DNA of 64,000 nucleotides. Origin: Anaerolineales bacterium. GTDB lineage: Bacteria; Chloroflexota; Anaerolineae; Anaerolineales; UBA11579. The notes under the pieces are model-generated. The model saw only the letters and a program-made list of their open reading frames with translations. It searched no databases and was not told the DNA's origin. The stretch is taken from the NCBI GenBank assembly GCA_021463845.1, contig JAJTXV010000002.1, positions 40,962 through 104,961 of the forward strand, read 5' to 3'. The position numbers and the translations under genes are program-made. The stretch's first letter is position 1, and every line of letters begins with the position of its first letter. Shown piece after piece: positions 48,790 through 57,785 of this stretch.

Positions 48790-48903
48790 GTGCGCATTCC
48801 TCCGCCGGCATGATCCGGATCAGGTCTTACGGGTCGCAGACTTGGGTCTGCCTCTCAGCTCCCGCGCCGCATGTGTCATGCGGCGCAAAGCTCCCCGAGC
48901 GTC
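48790..48903 (-). promoter_or_regulatory. TPP (THI-box) riboswitch
   Basis: The minus strand reads GGGGAGC...GGGAGCTGAGAGGCAGACCC...ACCCGTAAGACCTGATCCGGATCATGCCGGCGGAGGAA. Downstream, CCTCC...GGAGG can sequester the RBS. Confidence 0.9.
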
Positions 48904-48933
48904 TAAATTGTTGTAACTAGTATAGCGTGTTTG

Positions 48934-49620
48934 CTAGCTGCGTGGCTTACCGTTTTTGTAATTGGCCGCGTAATAGTCGCACAGGTCCTTGACCGGGCAG
49001 GCGGGGCAATTGGGTTTGCGGGCTATACAGATCTCGCGCCCCAAGCGAATGATGTTGAGATGCGCCGCATAGTATGTATCCGGCGGGAACAGCGACTCCA
49101 TGTACGGGTGCGCCTTCTCGACATTCATGCTGGCGGGGCGCAAACCCAGGCGGCCCGACACGCGATAGATGTGCGTGTCTACAGGGAATGCGGGGATATC
49201 CAACGAGAATTGCAGCACGATCGCCGCCGTTTTGGGGCCGACCCCATTGAACTGGGTCAGCCAGTCACGCGCTTCGTCAGCCGTGTAATCCTTCAAAAAA
49301 TCCAACGAAAGCTCGCCGCGCGCCTTGGTGATGGCTTGCAGTACGGCCTTGATGCGCGGGCCTTTCTGGTTGCCCAGCCCGGCGGGGCGAATGGCGGCGA
49401 TGATGGATTTGGCCGGCGCATCCCGCACCGATTCCCATGTGGGGAATTTGTCCTTGAGGGCAAAGAAGGCTACGTCTCGATTGACGTCGTTGGTGTTTTG
49501 CGAAAGGATGGTGGAAACCAGCTCGTCCAGGGCGGGCAGCGGCGTACGCCACTCCGGCATGCCGAAGAAATCCAGCAAGCGCTCATGGATGGCGAGGGCG
49601 CGGCGGGCCAGCGCTTTCAT
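48934..49620 (-). CDS. Endonuclease III-like HhH-GPD DNA glycosylase with a 4Fe-4S cluster loop
   Basis: HhH motif NGVGPKTAAIVL, catalytic-region VDTHIYRV and a Cys cluster (CIARKPNCPACPVKDLC). Confidence 0.8.
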   Translation of the reverse strand: MKALARRALAIHERLLDFFGMPEWRTPLPALDELVSTILSQNTNDVNRDVAFFALKDKFPTWESVRDAPAKSIIAAIRPAGLGNQKGPRIKAVLQAITKARGELSLDFLKDYTADEARDWLTQFNGVGPKTAAIVLQFSLDIPAFPVDTHIYRVSGRLGLRPASMNVEKAHPYMESLFPPDTYYAAHLNIIRLGREICIARKPNCPACPVKDLCDYYAANYKNGKPRS

Positions 49621-50666
49621 GTCCGCTCCAAAGTAAACACGGGCTCAGCCAGCCCCACGGTGATGCCGCTCCAATTGGTGACCGGGCGCTGCGGGCCGTA
49701 GCTTCTCAGTGCGGTCAGCTGGCCAGCAGTGAGCGCACCCAGCTGGCGCAGCACTTCAAGCGCCACGGCGTGGTTGGCCCACTTGCGGGCGTCGCCATCG
49801 GCGATCTTGAGGGCAATTCCCACCGCCGGTGCTCCGGCGCCCAGCACACCGGGCGCCAGGCCAATGGCCTGAAAGCCGTCAGCGCCAACTTTGGTGACCA
49901 TCTGGCCGGCGGCGGCTTGCATCAGCTCCGTGTCAAAGCGCTCCGGGCCGCCCACCATGTCTGGATGGGCGCGCATGGCGGCGGCGATCTGCGCACAGGC
50001 ATCCGCCTGTGCGGCGGGCAAGCCACTGGGATCGGCTAAACGCGCGTAAGCCAGCGCCGTGTTGTACAGGGGCGCGGCCCAGTTGGGCGCCGAGCAGCCG
50101 TCAATACCCATTGCCAGCTCGCCAACCTGCATCCCGGCGATCTGGGCAAACAGGCCAAGGATCTCTTGCTGCAATGGATGTGTAGCGTCTACATAGCTAT
50201 CCACATCCCAGCCGCGCAGGCGGGTATAGGCCAGCATGCCGGTGTGCTTGCCAGAGCAGTTGTGCCGCTCGGCCGTGGCGAGCAGGCCAGCCCACTGCAA
50301 GCGCTCAGCGGTAGGTGCGTGATACGGCGGGTGCGTGCCACACTGCAGCTGCGCTTCGGCGATGCCGGTCTTCTGCATCAAGCCGTGCAAAACAGCCACA
50401 TGCTCATCCGTGCCGGAGTGTGAGGCGCACATCAGCGCCAGTTCCTGCGGTGTGATGCCGAAGTGGTCCAGGCCGCCGGCCAGCACAAAGGGCATGACTT
50501 GAAATGGCTTGGCTGCCGAGCGCAGAAATGCTTTTAGAAGGGGATCGCCATAGGAGGCGAGCAGGTTGCCATCAACATCTACAACGGCAATGGCGCCGTA
50601 ATGCACCGATTCTTGTTGTCCCCCGCGGCTGAGGCTGAATACAGGGCGAAAGCCTGGCTCGCTCAT
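49617..50666 (-). CDS. Asparaginase II-family (Rhizobium-type) protein
   Basis: SVHYGAIAVVD...FLRSAAKPFQ...MCASHSG...NCSGKH is typical of this family. Confidence 0.75.
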   Translation of the reverse strand: MSEPGFRPVFSLSRGGQQESVHYGAIAVVDVDGNLLASYGDPLLKAFLRSAAKPFQVMPFVLAGGLDHFGITPQELALMCASHSGTDEHVAVLHGLMQKTGIAEAQLQCGTHPPYHAPTAERLQWAGLLATAERHNCSGKHTGMLAYTRLRGWDVDSYVDATHPLQQEILGLFAQIAGMQVGELAMGIDGCSAPNWAAPLYNTALAYARLADPSGLPAAQADACAQIAAAMRAHPDMVGGPERFDTELMQAAAGQMVTKVGADGFQAIGLAPGVLGAGAPAVGIALKIADGDARKWANHAVALEVLRQLGALTAGQLTALRSYGPQRPVTNWSGITVGLAEPVFTLERT

Positions 50667-50669
50667 GCG

Positions 50670-51518
50670 CTATTTGCGTTTGGCGCTGGCCAGCAGACGG
50701 GTTGCGTATTCCTGCATGCCGTAGCGCAGGCGCTGAGCATAGAGCGGGCGTTGTTTTGAGCTAGGCTTGTAGCGCTCAGCATATTTTCCAGCCAGCTTTT
50801 CGATCTCAGCCGGGGCATTGCGGCTGCGGCTGATGCCGCGCAGCTTTCCGTGCATATCTTTCAACATGGCGTGCATTTGCTTGGCGTCACGCCCTTCGGC
50901 TTTGCCGCCACGACCGGCAATGATGGTGTAGTCCTTGTACTGGCGGGATTGCAGCATTTCCAGCTGCTCCATCCACTGCGCCAGATCCGCCTGGCCGATG
51001 AAAGGCGGCTGGTTGATGGTCAGGGTGTCGCCCACAAACAGCACACCCTCATCCGGCGCCTCCAGCCAGCAGGCGTCCGGTCCGGGGCCGGGGCGCGGCA
51101 CCACCAGCAGCGAGGTATCGCCAAAATGCAGCCGGGCGGTGTGCGAAAAGGTGATGCGCGGCAGGATCCAGCGCAGGCCAGTGAGGCCGGGCGTGCTCTC
51201 CCACTCAGCCCCGCTCTCCTGGCGCACGGTCTTGAACACGGCAGCACGGCGGCGGAACTGGCGGGCAACTTCCTCGTGCGCCAGCACATCCGCCTGCAGG
51301 GTTTGGGCGCCGAGTGTGCGGTCAGGGTGGGCGTCAAGATTCACCAGCGTCATGCGCGGGCTGGCGCCGGCCTCCTTGAGGGCCGCGAGCCAGGCGCGGC
51401 CATCCTCTGGCTTCAGGGGTGCATCAACCAACAGTGTATGCTCAGAGAATAAGAAAGCGCCGACACTTACGCCGGCAAAACTGTTTTCGAAATAGATATT
51501 GCGTTTGATCTTCCGCAT
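50670..51518 (-). CDS. MBL-fold-like protein with a degenerate metal-binding motif
   Basis: The layout resembles a metallo-beta-lactamase fold, but the HxHxDH position reads LDAHPDR. The assignment is tentative. Confidence 0.45.
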   Translation of the reverse strand: MRKIKRNIYFENSFAGVSVGAFLFSEHTLLVDAPLKPEDGRAWLAALKEAGASPRMTLVNLDAHPDRTLGAQTLQADVLAHEEVARQFRRRAAVFKTVRQESGAEWESTPGLTGLRWILPRITFSHTARLHFGDTSLLVVPRPGPGPDACWLEAPDEGVLFVGDTLTINQPPFIGQADLAQWMEQLEMLQSRQYKDYTIIAGRGGKAEGRDAKQMHAMLKDMHGKLRGISRSRNAPAEIEKLAGKYAERYKPSSKQRPLYAQRLRYGMQEYATRLLASAKRK

Positions 51519-53638
51519 TACTTCAATTCACCCGTACGCGCGATGGGTAAAGTGAAGATGAAGCGCGAGCCTTTGCCGAGTTCACTTTCCACCCAGATTT
51601 TGCCCCCATGCCCTTCCACTGCCAACTTGCAATAAGCCAGGCCGAGGCCAAGGCCCTTGGTGTTGCCAGTAGCGCCCATTTGCACGCGGGCAAACTTCTC
51701 AAAAATGCGCTCCTGGTCGGCTTTGGGGATGCCGCGGCCCTGGTCCTGCACATACATCTCAATAAAATCATCGCTGCGTTTGGCGCCCACGGTGATCTTT
51801 TGACCATGCTCCGAATATTTGAGGGCATTCTCGACCAGGTTGATCAGAACGCGGCGGATCATTTCCGCGTCGGCCATGGCTTTGGGCAGGCCCTTCACCA
51901 CAGCGGGATCGAGCACAATTTCTTTGGCCTGCGCGCCGGGGGCCGTCGCCTCCAGCGCGGCCTGCACGATATCGGCCACTGCATTGGGTTCCGGGTTGCC
52001 GATGCGCTGGCCGGCCTCCATGCGTGAGGTATCCAACAGGGAGTTGGCCAGGCGTTGGACGCGTTCCGTGGAGCGCATAGCGATGTCAAGCACCGAGCGT
52101 ATCGTCGGATCCTGGTCAGATGGCAACATCATCTGTAGCACATCCAGGCCAGACACCACGTTGGCCAGCGGGGAACGCAGGTCGTGATAGATCATGGAGG
52201 CCAGGTCTTCGCGCAACTGGTCCAGCCGCTTGCGCTCGGTGATGTCACGCAGGATCCACTGCAGCTGCTCCACAGATTCAACGATGATAGAGTGCACGAA
52301 AACTTCAACGGCGATCTCAGTATTGCCCTGGCCTTGCAAAACCGCCTCGTATGACACAGAACGACCATCTTTGAGATTGGCCATGTCCTTGCCCAAGGCT
52401 TTGTAATCGGCTTGATGGAAATGATGCACATTCATGCTGTGCAAGCTTTCTTCATCAAAGCCGATCCATAGCTCGGCCTGGCGGTTGGCTTCCAGAATAT
52501 TGCCTTGGAGGTCAGTCACAAAGAGCGCATCAATGCTGTCTTCGAATAATTCGCGGTAACGCGCCCGGGCCGATTCCATTTGGGCGAACAGCTGGGCATG
52601 CTCAATGGCAGTCCCCGCCAGAGTGCCGATGCCTTCCAGCACAGGCAGGTCAGCGCCGTCAAACAGACCGCCGCTAGGGTTGAGCGCTTCAATGACGCCG
52701 ATGACCCGCCCGCGGGCGCGGATGGGTGCGCAGGCGACCGCCTGGGTCTTGTAGCCGGTGAGCTCGTCCACTGCGGCGTAGAAGCGCGCATCGGTCTGCG
52801 CGTCAGGCACCACCACGCTTTCACCTTGCTGGGCGACCCAGCCGGCGATACCCTGGCCGAGTTGAATTTGCATGCCGATGACTTGCTTGCTGCGCTTGCC
52901 GGTGGCAGCGCGGAAGGCCAGCGTCTTGCCGGGCGCATCCAGCAGCGCCAGGGAAACCGCCTCCACATCCAGCGCCCCGGTGGTTTGCTCAAGAATGGTC
53001 TGCAATACCTGATCCAGCTGCAAGCTGGCGCTGATGGCGGATGCGCTCTGGGCGATGGCGGTCATGATGCCGGCGTTGCGCTGGCTCTCCGCGTACAGGC
53101 GCGCATTCAGCACGGCAAAGGCAGCCTGCTCACCAATGATCTTTACAAGACTCAGGTGATCTTCGGTGTAAAAGCCGGGCTCCGGATTGGTGAGGGTAAG
53201 AATGCCCACCAGACGCTCACGCGCCAACAGGGGCGCCGCGACGACAGACTTGGGGCTGGTTTGCTTGCCACTGGGCGCGGCCTGCCAGCGCGCATCCGCG
53301 CTGGTGTCCGCCACCAGGGCCGCCTGGCGGTTCTTGCGCACCCAGCCAGCCAGCCCGTCCTGCAACGTGAATTTGAGCTGCTCCGTGGTCTCCTGGATCA
53401 CTTTGTCTTTGACAATGATGATGGAATCTAGCGGCAGGCCGTTGTCGTCCAGCACTATGATGGTGCCGCTGCTGCCGCCGACATTCTGCAGGCACAGTTT
53501 GATGACCCGCTCCAGCACCAGGCGCAGGTCTAAGGCGGAAGCCAGCTCACGGCTGACATGCACCAATAAATCTAACGAGGACTGCGGGTTTGCGCCGCGT
53601 ACGGCGTCACCCTCAGAGGCTGCGGTGATAGCGGCCAT
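51518..53638 (-). CDS. Cytoplasmic sensor histidine kinase with multiple GAF domains, then PAS, HisKA and HATPase_c
   Basis: H-box [10 protein letters not shown], with N, G1 and G2 boxes ([23 protein letters not shown]). No TM segments. Confidence 0.85.
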   Translation of the reverse strand: MAAITAASEGDAVRGANPQSSLDLLVHVSRELASALDLRLVLERVIKLCLQNVGGSSGTIIVLDDNGLPLDSIIIVKDKVIQETTEQLKFTLQDGLAGWVRKNRQAALVADTSADARWQAAPSGKQTSPKSVVAAPLLARERLVGILTLTNPEPGFYTEDHLSLVKIIGEQAAFAVLNARLYAESQRNAGIMTAIAQSASAISASLQLDQVLQTILEQTTGALDVEAVSLALLDAPGKTLAFRAATGKRSKQVIGMQIQLGQGIAGWVAQQGESVVVPDAQTDARFYAAVDELTGYKTQAVACAPIRARGRVIGVIEALNPSGGLFDGADLPVLEGIGTLAGTAIEHAQLFAQMESARARYRELFEDSIDALFVTDLQGNILEANRQAELWIGFDEESLHSMNVHHFHQADYKALGKDMANLKDGRSVSYEAVLQGQGNTEIAVEVFVHSIIVESVEQLQWILRDITERKRLDQLREDLASMIYHDLRSPLANVVSGLDVLQMMLPSDQDPTIRSVLDIAMRSTERVQRLANSLLDTSRMEAGQRIGNPEPNAVADIVQAALEATAPGAQAKEIVLDPAVVKGLPKAMADAEMIRRVLINLVENALKYSEHGQKITVGAKRSDDFIEMYVQDQGRGIPKADQERIFEKFARVQMGATGNTKGLGLGLAYCKLAVEGHGGKIWVESELGKGSRFIFTLPIARTGELK

Positions 53639-53715
53639 TGGCTCACATGAGGAGCGGCAACCAGATTCCGTTGCCGCGACAGATTAAGGCAGTATAGCAT
53701 AGCGGCCCAAACTGC

Positions 53716-54732
53716 TCACGAGGGCAGCCAGGGCAATTCCAGCAGCAGCACTTCCAGCGCCAGGCGGGCGTTTACATTCGTTTCGAGCTGGGTGACTGCC
53801 CTTTCGACCGCCTGCAAAGCCGCCGCGGCCTCCGGAAAGCCAATTTTCTGGCCCAGGGAGCCGATTTCTGCGGCTTTATCGACGTTTGCCAGGGTTACCC
53901 CCGCCCCAGAGGCGCCTACCAGCACATCCCGCCAGAAGGAAAGCCACACCAACAGTATATTCTTGAGCTGCTGGCGATCTTTGCTGGCTTTGTCTGCAAA
54001 GGCAAAGCGCTTGACGCGGTTGGCAAACAAGAGGTCATGCAATACATCCAACCACTGCCCGCGGCTCTCCAGCAGCGCCGGCTCCTGCTGCATGCGGATG
54101 GCCAACCCCGGCAGGCCCTGGCTCACCGAGGCCAGCAAGTGCGCCTGCGCCGCGTCGATCCCCAGGCTGCTTTGTAGCGCTGGCGTCAGCGTCTCCGGCG
54201 CCAGCGGGCGCAGACGCAGCACCTCACAGCGCGAGACGACCGTGGCGGGGATGCTGTCAGCGTCAAGCGCAGTCAAACACAGAAGCACCGAAGGATTCGG
54301 CTCTTCCAGCGTCTTCAGCAAAGCGTTGGCAGCTTCCTCGCTGGCGTGGTGGAAATTGAGGATCAGCGCCACCTGATAGCGCGCTTCCAGCGGGGTGCGC
54401 GAGAGCGAGCGGGTCAGGGCGCGCAACGCGTCGATCTTGATCTCGCGGTCGCCTTCCTGGCGCTCAACCAGCAGCAAGTCTGGATGCTGCCCTCGCCCAA
54501 AGCCGCGGCAAGCGCGGCATTCGCCGCACGGTTCGCCGGGCGCGGGCGGCTGGGTGCAGTTGACTGCCTGCGCCAAACGCAGCGCCAGGCTGCGGCGGCC
54601 AACGCCCAGCGGCCCAGTGAAAAGATAGGCATGCCCCAGGCGGCCGTCTGCGATCTGGCGGCGCAGCAGGTTGACGGCCCACTCGTGGCCCAGCATGCCC
54701 CAGTTGGTGTTTAAAGCAATGGGTGCTTCCAT
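53716..54732 (-). CDS. holB: DNA polymerase III subunit delta'
   Basis: GHAYLFTGPLGVGRR, the Zn-module-like CGECRACR, and TLEEP...SRC motifs. Confidence 0.85.
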   Translation of the reverse strand: MEAPIALNTNWGMLGHEWAVNLLRRQIADGRLGHAYLFTGPLGVGRRSLALRLAQAVNCTQPPAPGEPCGECRACRGFGRGQHPDLLLVERQEGDREIKIDALRALTRSLSRTPLEARYQVALILNFHHASEEAANALLKTLEEPNPSVLLCLTALDADSIPATVVSRCEVLRLRPLAPETLTPALQSSLGIDAAQAHLLASVSQGLPGLAIRMQQEPALLESRGQWLDVLHDLLFANRVKRFAFADKASKDRQQLKNILLVWLSFWRDVLVGASGAGVTLANVDKAAEIGSLGQKIGFPEAAAALQAVERAVTQLETNVNARLALEVLLLELPWLPS

Positions 54733-54744
54733 ATGGAAGCACCC
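54721..54744. repeat. Perfect 24-bp palindrome GGGTGCTTCCATATGGAAGCACCC centred on the holB start codon
   Basis: Read directly from the sequence. The holB ATG (54732-54730) sits at the dyad. The mirror-image plus-strand ORF starts with the same MEAPI peptide for this reason. Confidence 0.9.
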
Positions 54745-54772
54745 ATTTTACTCTTTGCTGATTCAGCGCTGT

Positions 54773-55504
54773 TTAGCGCGTGCTCTTCTTTTTTGCTTTG
54801 GCTTTGGTCTTCGTCTTGGCCTTGGCTTTTGCTTTCGGCTTGGCTTTCGCCTTTGACTTCTTTGCCACCTTGGCCTTCGCTTTGGCTTTGGTCTTGGGCT
54901 TCGCCTTGGCTTTCACCTTGGACTTAGGCGCGGCCTTAGCTTTCGTCTTCGCTTTTGCCTTTGGTTTCGCTTTTGCCTTTGGTTTCGCCTTAGCCTTGGC
55001 TTTTGGCTTCGCTTTAGCCTTTGGCTTGGCCTTGGCTTTCGGTTTGGCCTTAGCCTTTGGCTTGGGCGCCGCTGCAGCGATCAACGCAGAGGGAGCTTCC
55101 ACTACCGGAAGCGTTGGGGTTGAAGGTTCGGGGGCTGGTTCAGGTTCGGCCTCCATTGCGCCACTATCCCACGCAGATGAGCTTGGGCTGGCGTCGTAGC
55201 CCATGTCGTCTGCCTCGGCGGCCGCGCCAAAGCCGGCCGGCTCCGCTTCAGCCACGCGCAGGAAAACTTCGTCTCCGGCGCGCACTGCATCGCTGACCAG
55301 AATGGCAACATCGTCACCAGGGTGAGCTTCATCCACGCTGTTGTGCTCGATCTGCATGGAGCTGACCAGTTCCACAAGGTCTGTGCTGGAGCCCACAATA
55401 TGGATCTCGTCACCCACCTTCAACGGAGCGCTGAGGCTAAGGACTGCCGCGCTGGGGCCGCCGAAGAAATGCGTGACCACACCAATTTTCTTCTCGTTCT
55501 CCAT
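54773..55504 (-). CDS. Small beta-barrel (EF-Tu domain-2-like) protein fused to an acidic linker and a histone-H1-like Lys/Ala/Pro-rich tail
   Basis: The N-terminus (KKIGVVTHFFGGPSAAVLSLSAPLKVGDEIHIVGSSTDLVELVSSMQIEHNSVDEAHPGDDVAIL) resembles the short proteins annotated as translation elongation factor-like. The C-terminal 97 aa is KAKAKP-type repeats. GGAGG RBS before ATG 55504. Confidence 0.7.
   Translation of the reverse strand: MENEKKIGVVTHFFGGPSAAVLSLSAPLKVGDEIHIVGSSTDLVELVSSMQIEHNSVDEAHPGDDVAILVSDAVRAGDEVFLRVAEAEPAGFGAAAEADDMGYDASPSSSAWDSGAMEAEPEPAPEPSTPTLPVVEAPSALIAAAAPKPKAKAKPKAKAKPKAKAKPKAKAKAKPKAKAKPKAKAKTKAKAAPKSKVKAKAKPKTKAKAKAKVAKKSKAKAKPKAKAKAKTKTKAKAKKKSTR
54776..55066 (-). 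repeat. Degenerate in-frame 6/12/18-nt tandem repeats encoding (K-A-K-A-K-P)n
   Basis: The plus strand shows reiterated GGCTTTGGC/GCCTTGGCTTT units across about 290 nt. Confidence 0.85.
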
Positions 55505-55600
55505 GTGTTTCGCCTCCAAAGACTGCTGGAATGATGAAATTACTATACATCATGTGAGAAGGGCTTTCAACGCCAAGAATCGCTACAGTACAATCACACC

Positions 55601-57781
55601 ATGGTAGACCTTGCTGCGGGGCTCAACCCGCAACAACAACAAGCACTGCATGCCGGCCTGGGGCCGGTTTTGGTGTTGGCTGGCCCTGGCTCAGGCAAAA
55701 CCCGCGTCCTGACCCACCGGATCGCCCACCTCATCAGTGAATTAGGGGTCAATCCCTATAACATCCTCGCGGTTACTTTCACAAACAAAGCGGCCAAAGA
55801 GATGAATTCTCGGGTCGAAGCCATACTGGGCGGCCGCCCCCGTGGGCTCACTTTGGGTACTTTCCACTCGATTTGCGCCCGCTTGCTGCGCCAGGAGGCC
55901 GATAACCTGCCAGTCAGCAAGAATTTCGTCATCTACGATTCGGATGACCAAGTGGCGCTGGTGCGCCAGGCGTTGAAAGACCTGAACATTGACGAAAAGA
56001 TGCACCGGGCGGGCGGCGTGCACGCCAGCATCTCGGCTGCCAAGAACGAGCTGGCCCTGCCCGAAGATATGCCCATCAACAGCTACCGCGACGAGGTGGT
56101 GGCACGCGTCTACCAGCGCTACCAACAAGCGCTGATGGCCAACAATGCGGTCGATTTTGACGACCTGTTGCTGTGGTCTGCCCGCCTGCTGGAGGACAAC
56201 CCTGAAGTGCGCAAGCGCTATGCCACGCGCTACGAGCACATTCTGGTGGACGAGTTTCAGGACACCAACCAGGCCCAGTACAGCCTGCTGAAGCACCTGG
56301 CCTCGGTGCATCGCAACATTTACGTCGTGGGTGATACAGATCAATCCATCTACCGCTGGCGCGGTGCAGACTATCGCAACGTGCTGCGTTTCGAAGAAGA
56401 TTACCCAGACGCGCAGGTAATTCTGCTGGAGCAGAACTACCGCTCCACCCAGCGCATCCTCGACGCCGCCATGGCGGTGATCGACCGCAACCCGCACCGC
56501 ACGCGCAAGCACCTGTTCACTGACCGCGGCCACGGCAGCAAAGTGATCTACCAGCAAACCCTGAACGAAGAAGAGACCGGCAAGTTCGTCGTGGAGAGCG
56601 TTGCCGCGGCGGTCGCCGAGCGCGGGGCGCGCCCGGGCGACTTCGCCGTGATGTATCGCACCAACGCCCAATCCCGCCTGATCGAAGAAGCCTTTCTGCA
56701 CGCCAACCTGCCATACAAGCTGGTCGGCGCCCAGCGCTTCTACGGCCGCCGCGAGATCAAAGATGTGCTCAGCTACCTGCGCTTGATCTCCAACCCGAAC
56801 GACGAGATCAGCCTGGGCCGCGTCATCAACGTGCCCACCCGCCGCATCGGCATCAAGAGCCAGGCCACCTTGCGCACCATTGCACTGCAAAATAAAACCA
56901 CCCCCGGCGCGCTGCTAGTGCACATGGGCGTCAATCCTGAAGACGCGTTGTTTGCGCCCATCTCCACGCCCACCGCTCAGGCCATGGCCAAATTCGGCCA
57001 GTTGCTGGCCAAATGGTACGAGCTGGCCCAGGCTGGCGCCGAACCCATGCAACTGATGGACCGCGTGCTTAACGATGTGGATTACCACGGCTATCTGATC
57101 GCCGATGGCTCAGACGAAGAAGCCCAGGACCGCTGGGACAACGTGCAGGAGCTGCGCCGCCTGGCGGCAGAGTACGCCGGCAAGACCCTGCCCGAATTCC
57201 TGGAGAACATTGCCCTGGTGTCTGACCAGGACACCATTGACGAATCCGGGGATGTGCCCACCCTACTGACTCTGCACGCCGCCAAAGGCCTTGAGTTCCC
57301 GACCGTGTTCATCACTGGCTTGAACGATGGCACCCTGCCGCACCAACGCGCCCTTGACGACCCGGAAGAAATGGAAGAAGAGCGCCGCCTGTTTTACGTA
57401 GGCATCACCCGCGCCAAGGACCAGCTGGTGCTAGTGCACAACATGTACAAGAGCAGTTATGGCTACGCCGAGGGCACACTGCCCTCGCGCTTTCTGGATG
57501 ATCTACCCGATGAACTGATCGAGGGCGGTAACCAAAGCCGCCTGCAGCACCCCCACCGCCCCGACCGCTGGGAGAGCCCGCGCCGGCGCAGCGCGCCGAT
57601 ATTGCAGACCCAGTTCAAGCCCGGCATGAACGTGCTCCACCCCACCTGGGGCGAAGGCATGGTGCTCAACAGCCGCATTCAGGATGATGATGAGATGGTG
57701 GACATCTTCTTCCAGGATGTGGGTCTCAAAAAAGTGATGGCGGCCTTCGCCAACTTACAACCCTTACCCAAAGGCAAATAA
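55601..57781 (+). CDS. pcrA: ATP-dependent DNA helicase PcrA/UvrD (SF1)
   Basis: Motif I AGPGSGKT, motif II VDEFQDTN, and later TLHAAKGLEF and YVGITRA. Confidence 0.9.
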   Translation: MVDLAAGLNPQQQQALHAGLGPVLVLAGPGSGKTRVLTHRIAHLISELGVNPYNILAVTFTNKAAKEMNSRVEAILGGRPRGLTLGTFHSICARLLRQEADNLPVSKNFVIYDSDDQVALVRQALKDLNIDEKMHRAGGVHASISAAKNELALPEDMPINSYRDEVVARVYQRYQQALMANNAVDFDDLLLWSARLLEDNPEVRKRYATRYEHILVDEFQDTNQAQYSLLKHLASVHRNIYVVGDTDQSIYRWRGADYRNVLRFEEDYPDAQVILLEQNYRSTQRILDAAMAVIDRNPHRTRKHLFTDRGHGSKVIYQQTLNEEETGKFVVESVAAAVAERGARPGDFAVMYRTNAQSRLIEEAFLHANLPYKLVGAQRFYGRREIKDVLSYLRLISNPNDEISLGRVINVPTRRIGIKSQATLRTIALQNKTTPGALLVHMGVNPEDALFAPISTPTAQAMAKFGQLLAKWYELAQAGAEPMQLMDRVLNDVDYHGYLIADGSDEEAQDRWDNVQELRRLAAEYAGKTLPEFLENIALVSDQDTIDESGDVPTLLTLHAAKGLEFPTVFITGLNDGTLPHQRALDDPEEMEEERRLFYVGITRAKDQLVLVHNMYKSSYGYAEGTLPSRFLDDLPDELIEGGNQSRLQHPHRPDRWESPRRRSAPILQTQFKPGMNVLHPTWGEGMVLNSRIQDDDEMVDIFFQDVGLKKVMAAFANLQPLPKGK

Positions 57782-57785
57782 GACC

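Noticed and set aside
54776-55066. Possible CRISPR or other non-coding tandem array
   Set aside because: The period is 6-18 nt with no spacers, and the repeats are in frame within a gene that has an RBS and an N-terminal globular domain.
54733-55199. Plus-strand ORFs 54733-54927 (MEAPILLF...) and 54780-55199 (LALAFAFG-rich)
   Set aside because: The first is a mirror artefact of the 24-bp palindrome. The second is the antisense reading of the KAKAKP repeat.
55742-56890. 382-aa minus-strand ORF
   Set aside because: It is antisense to pcrA.
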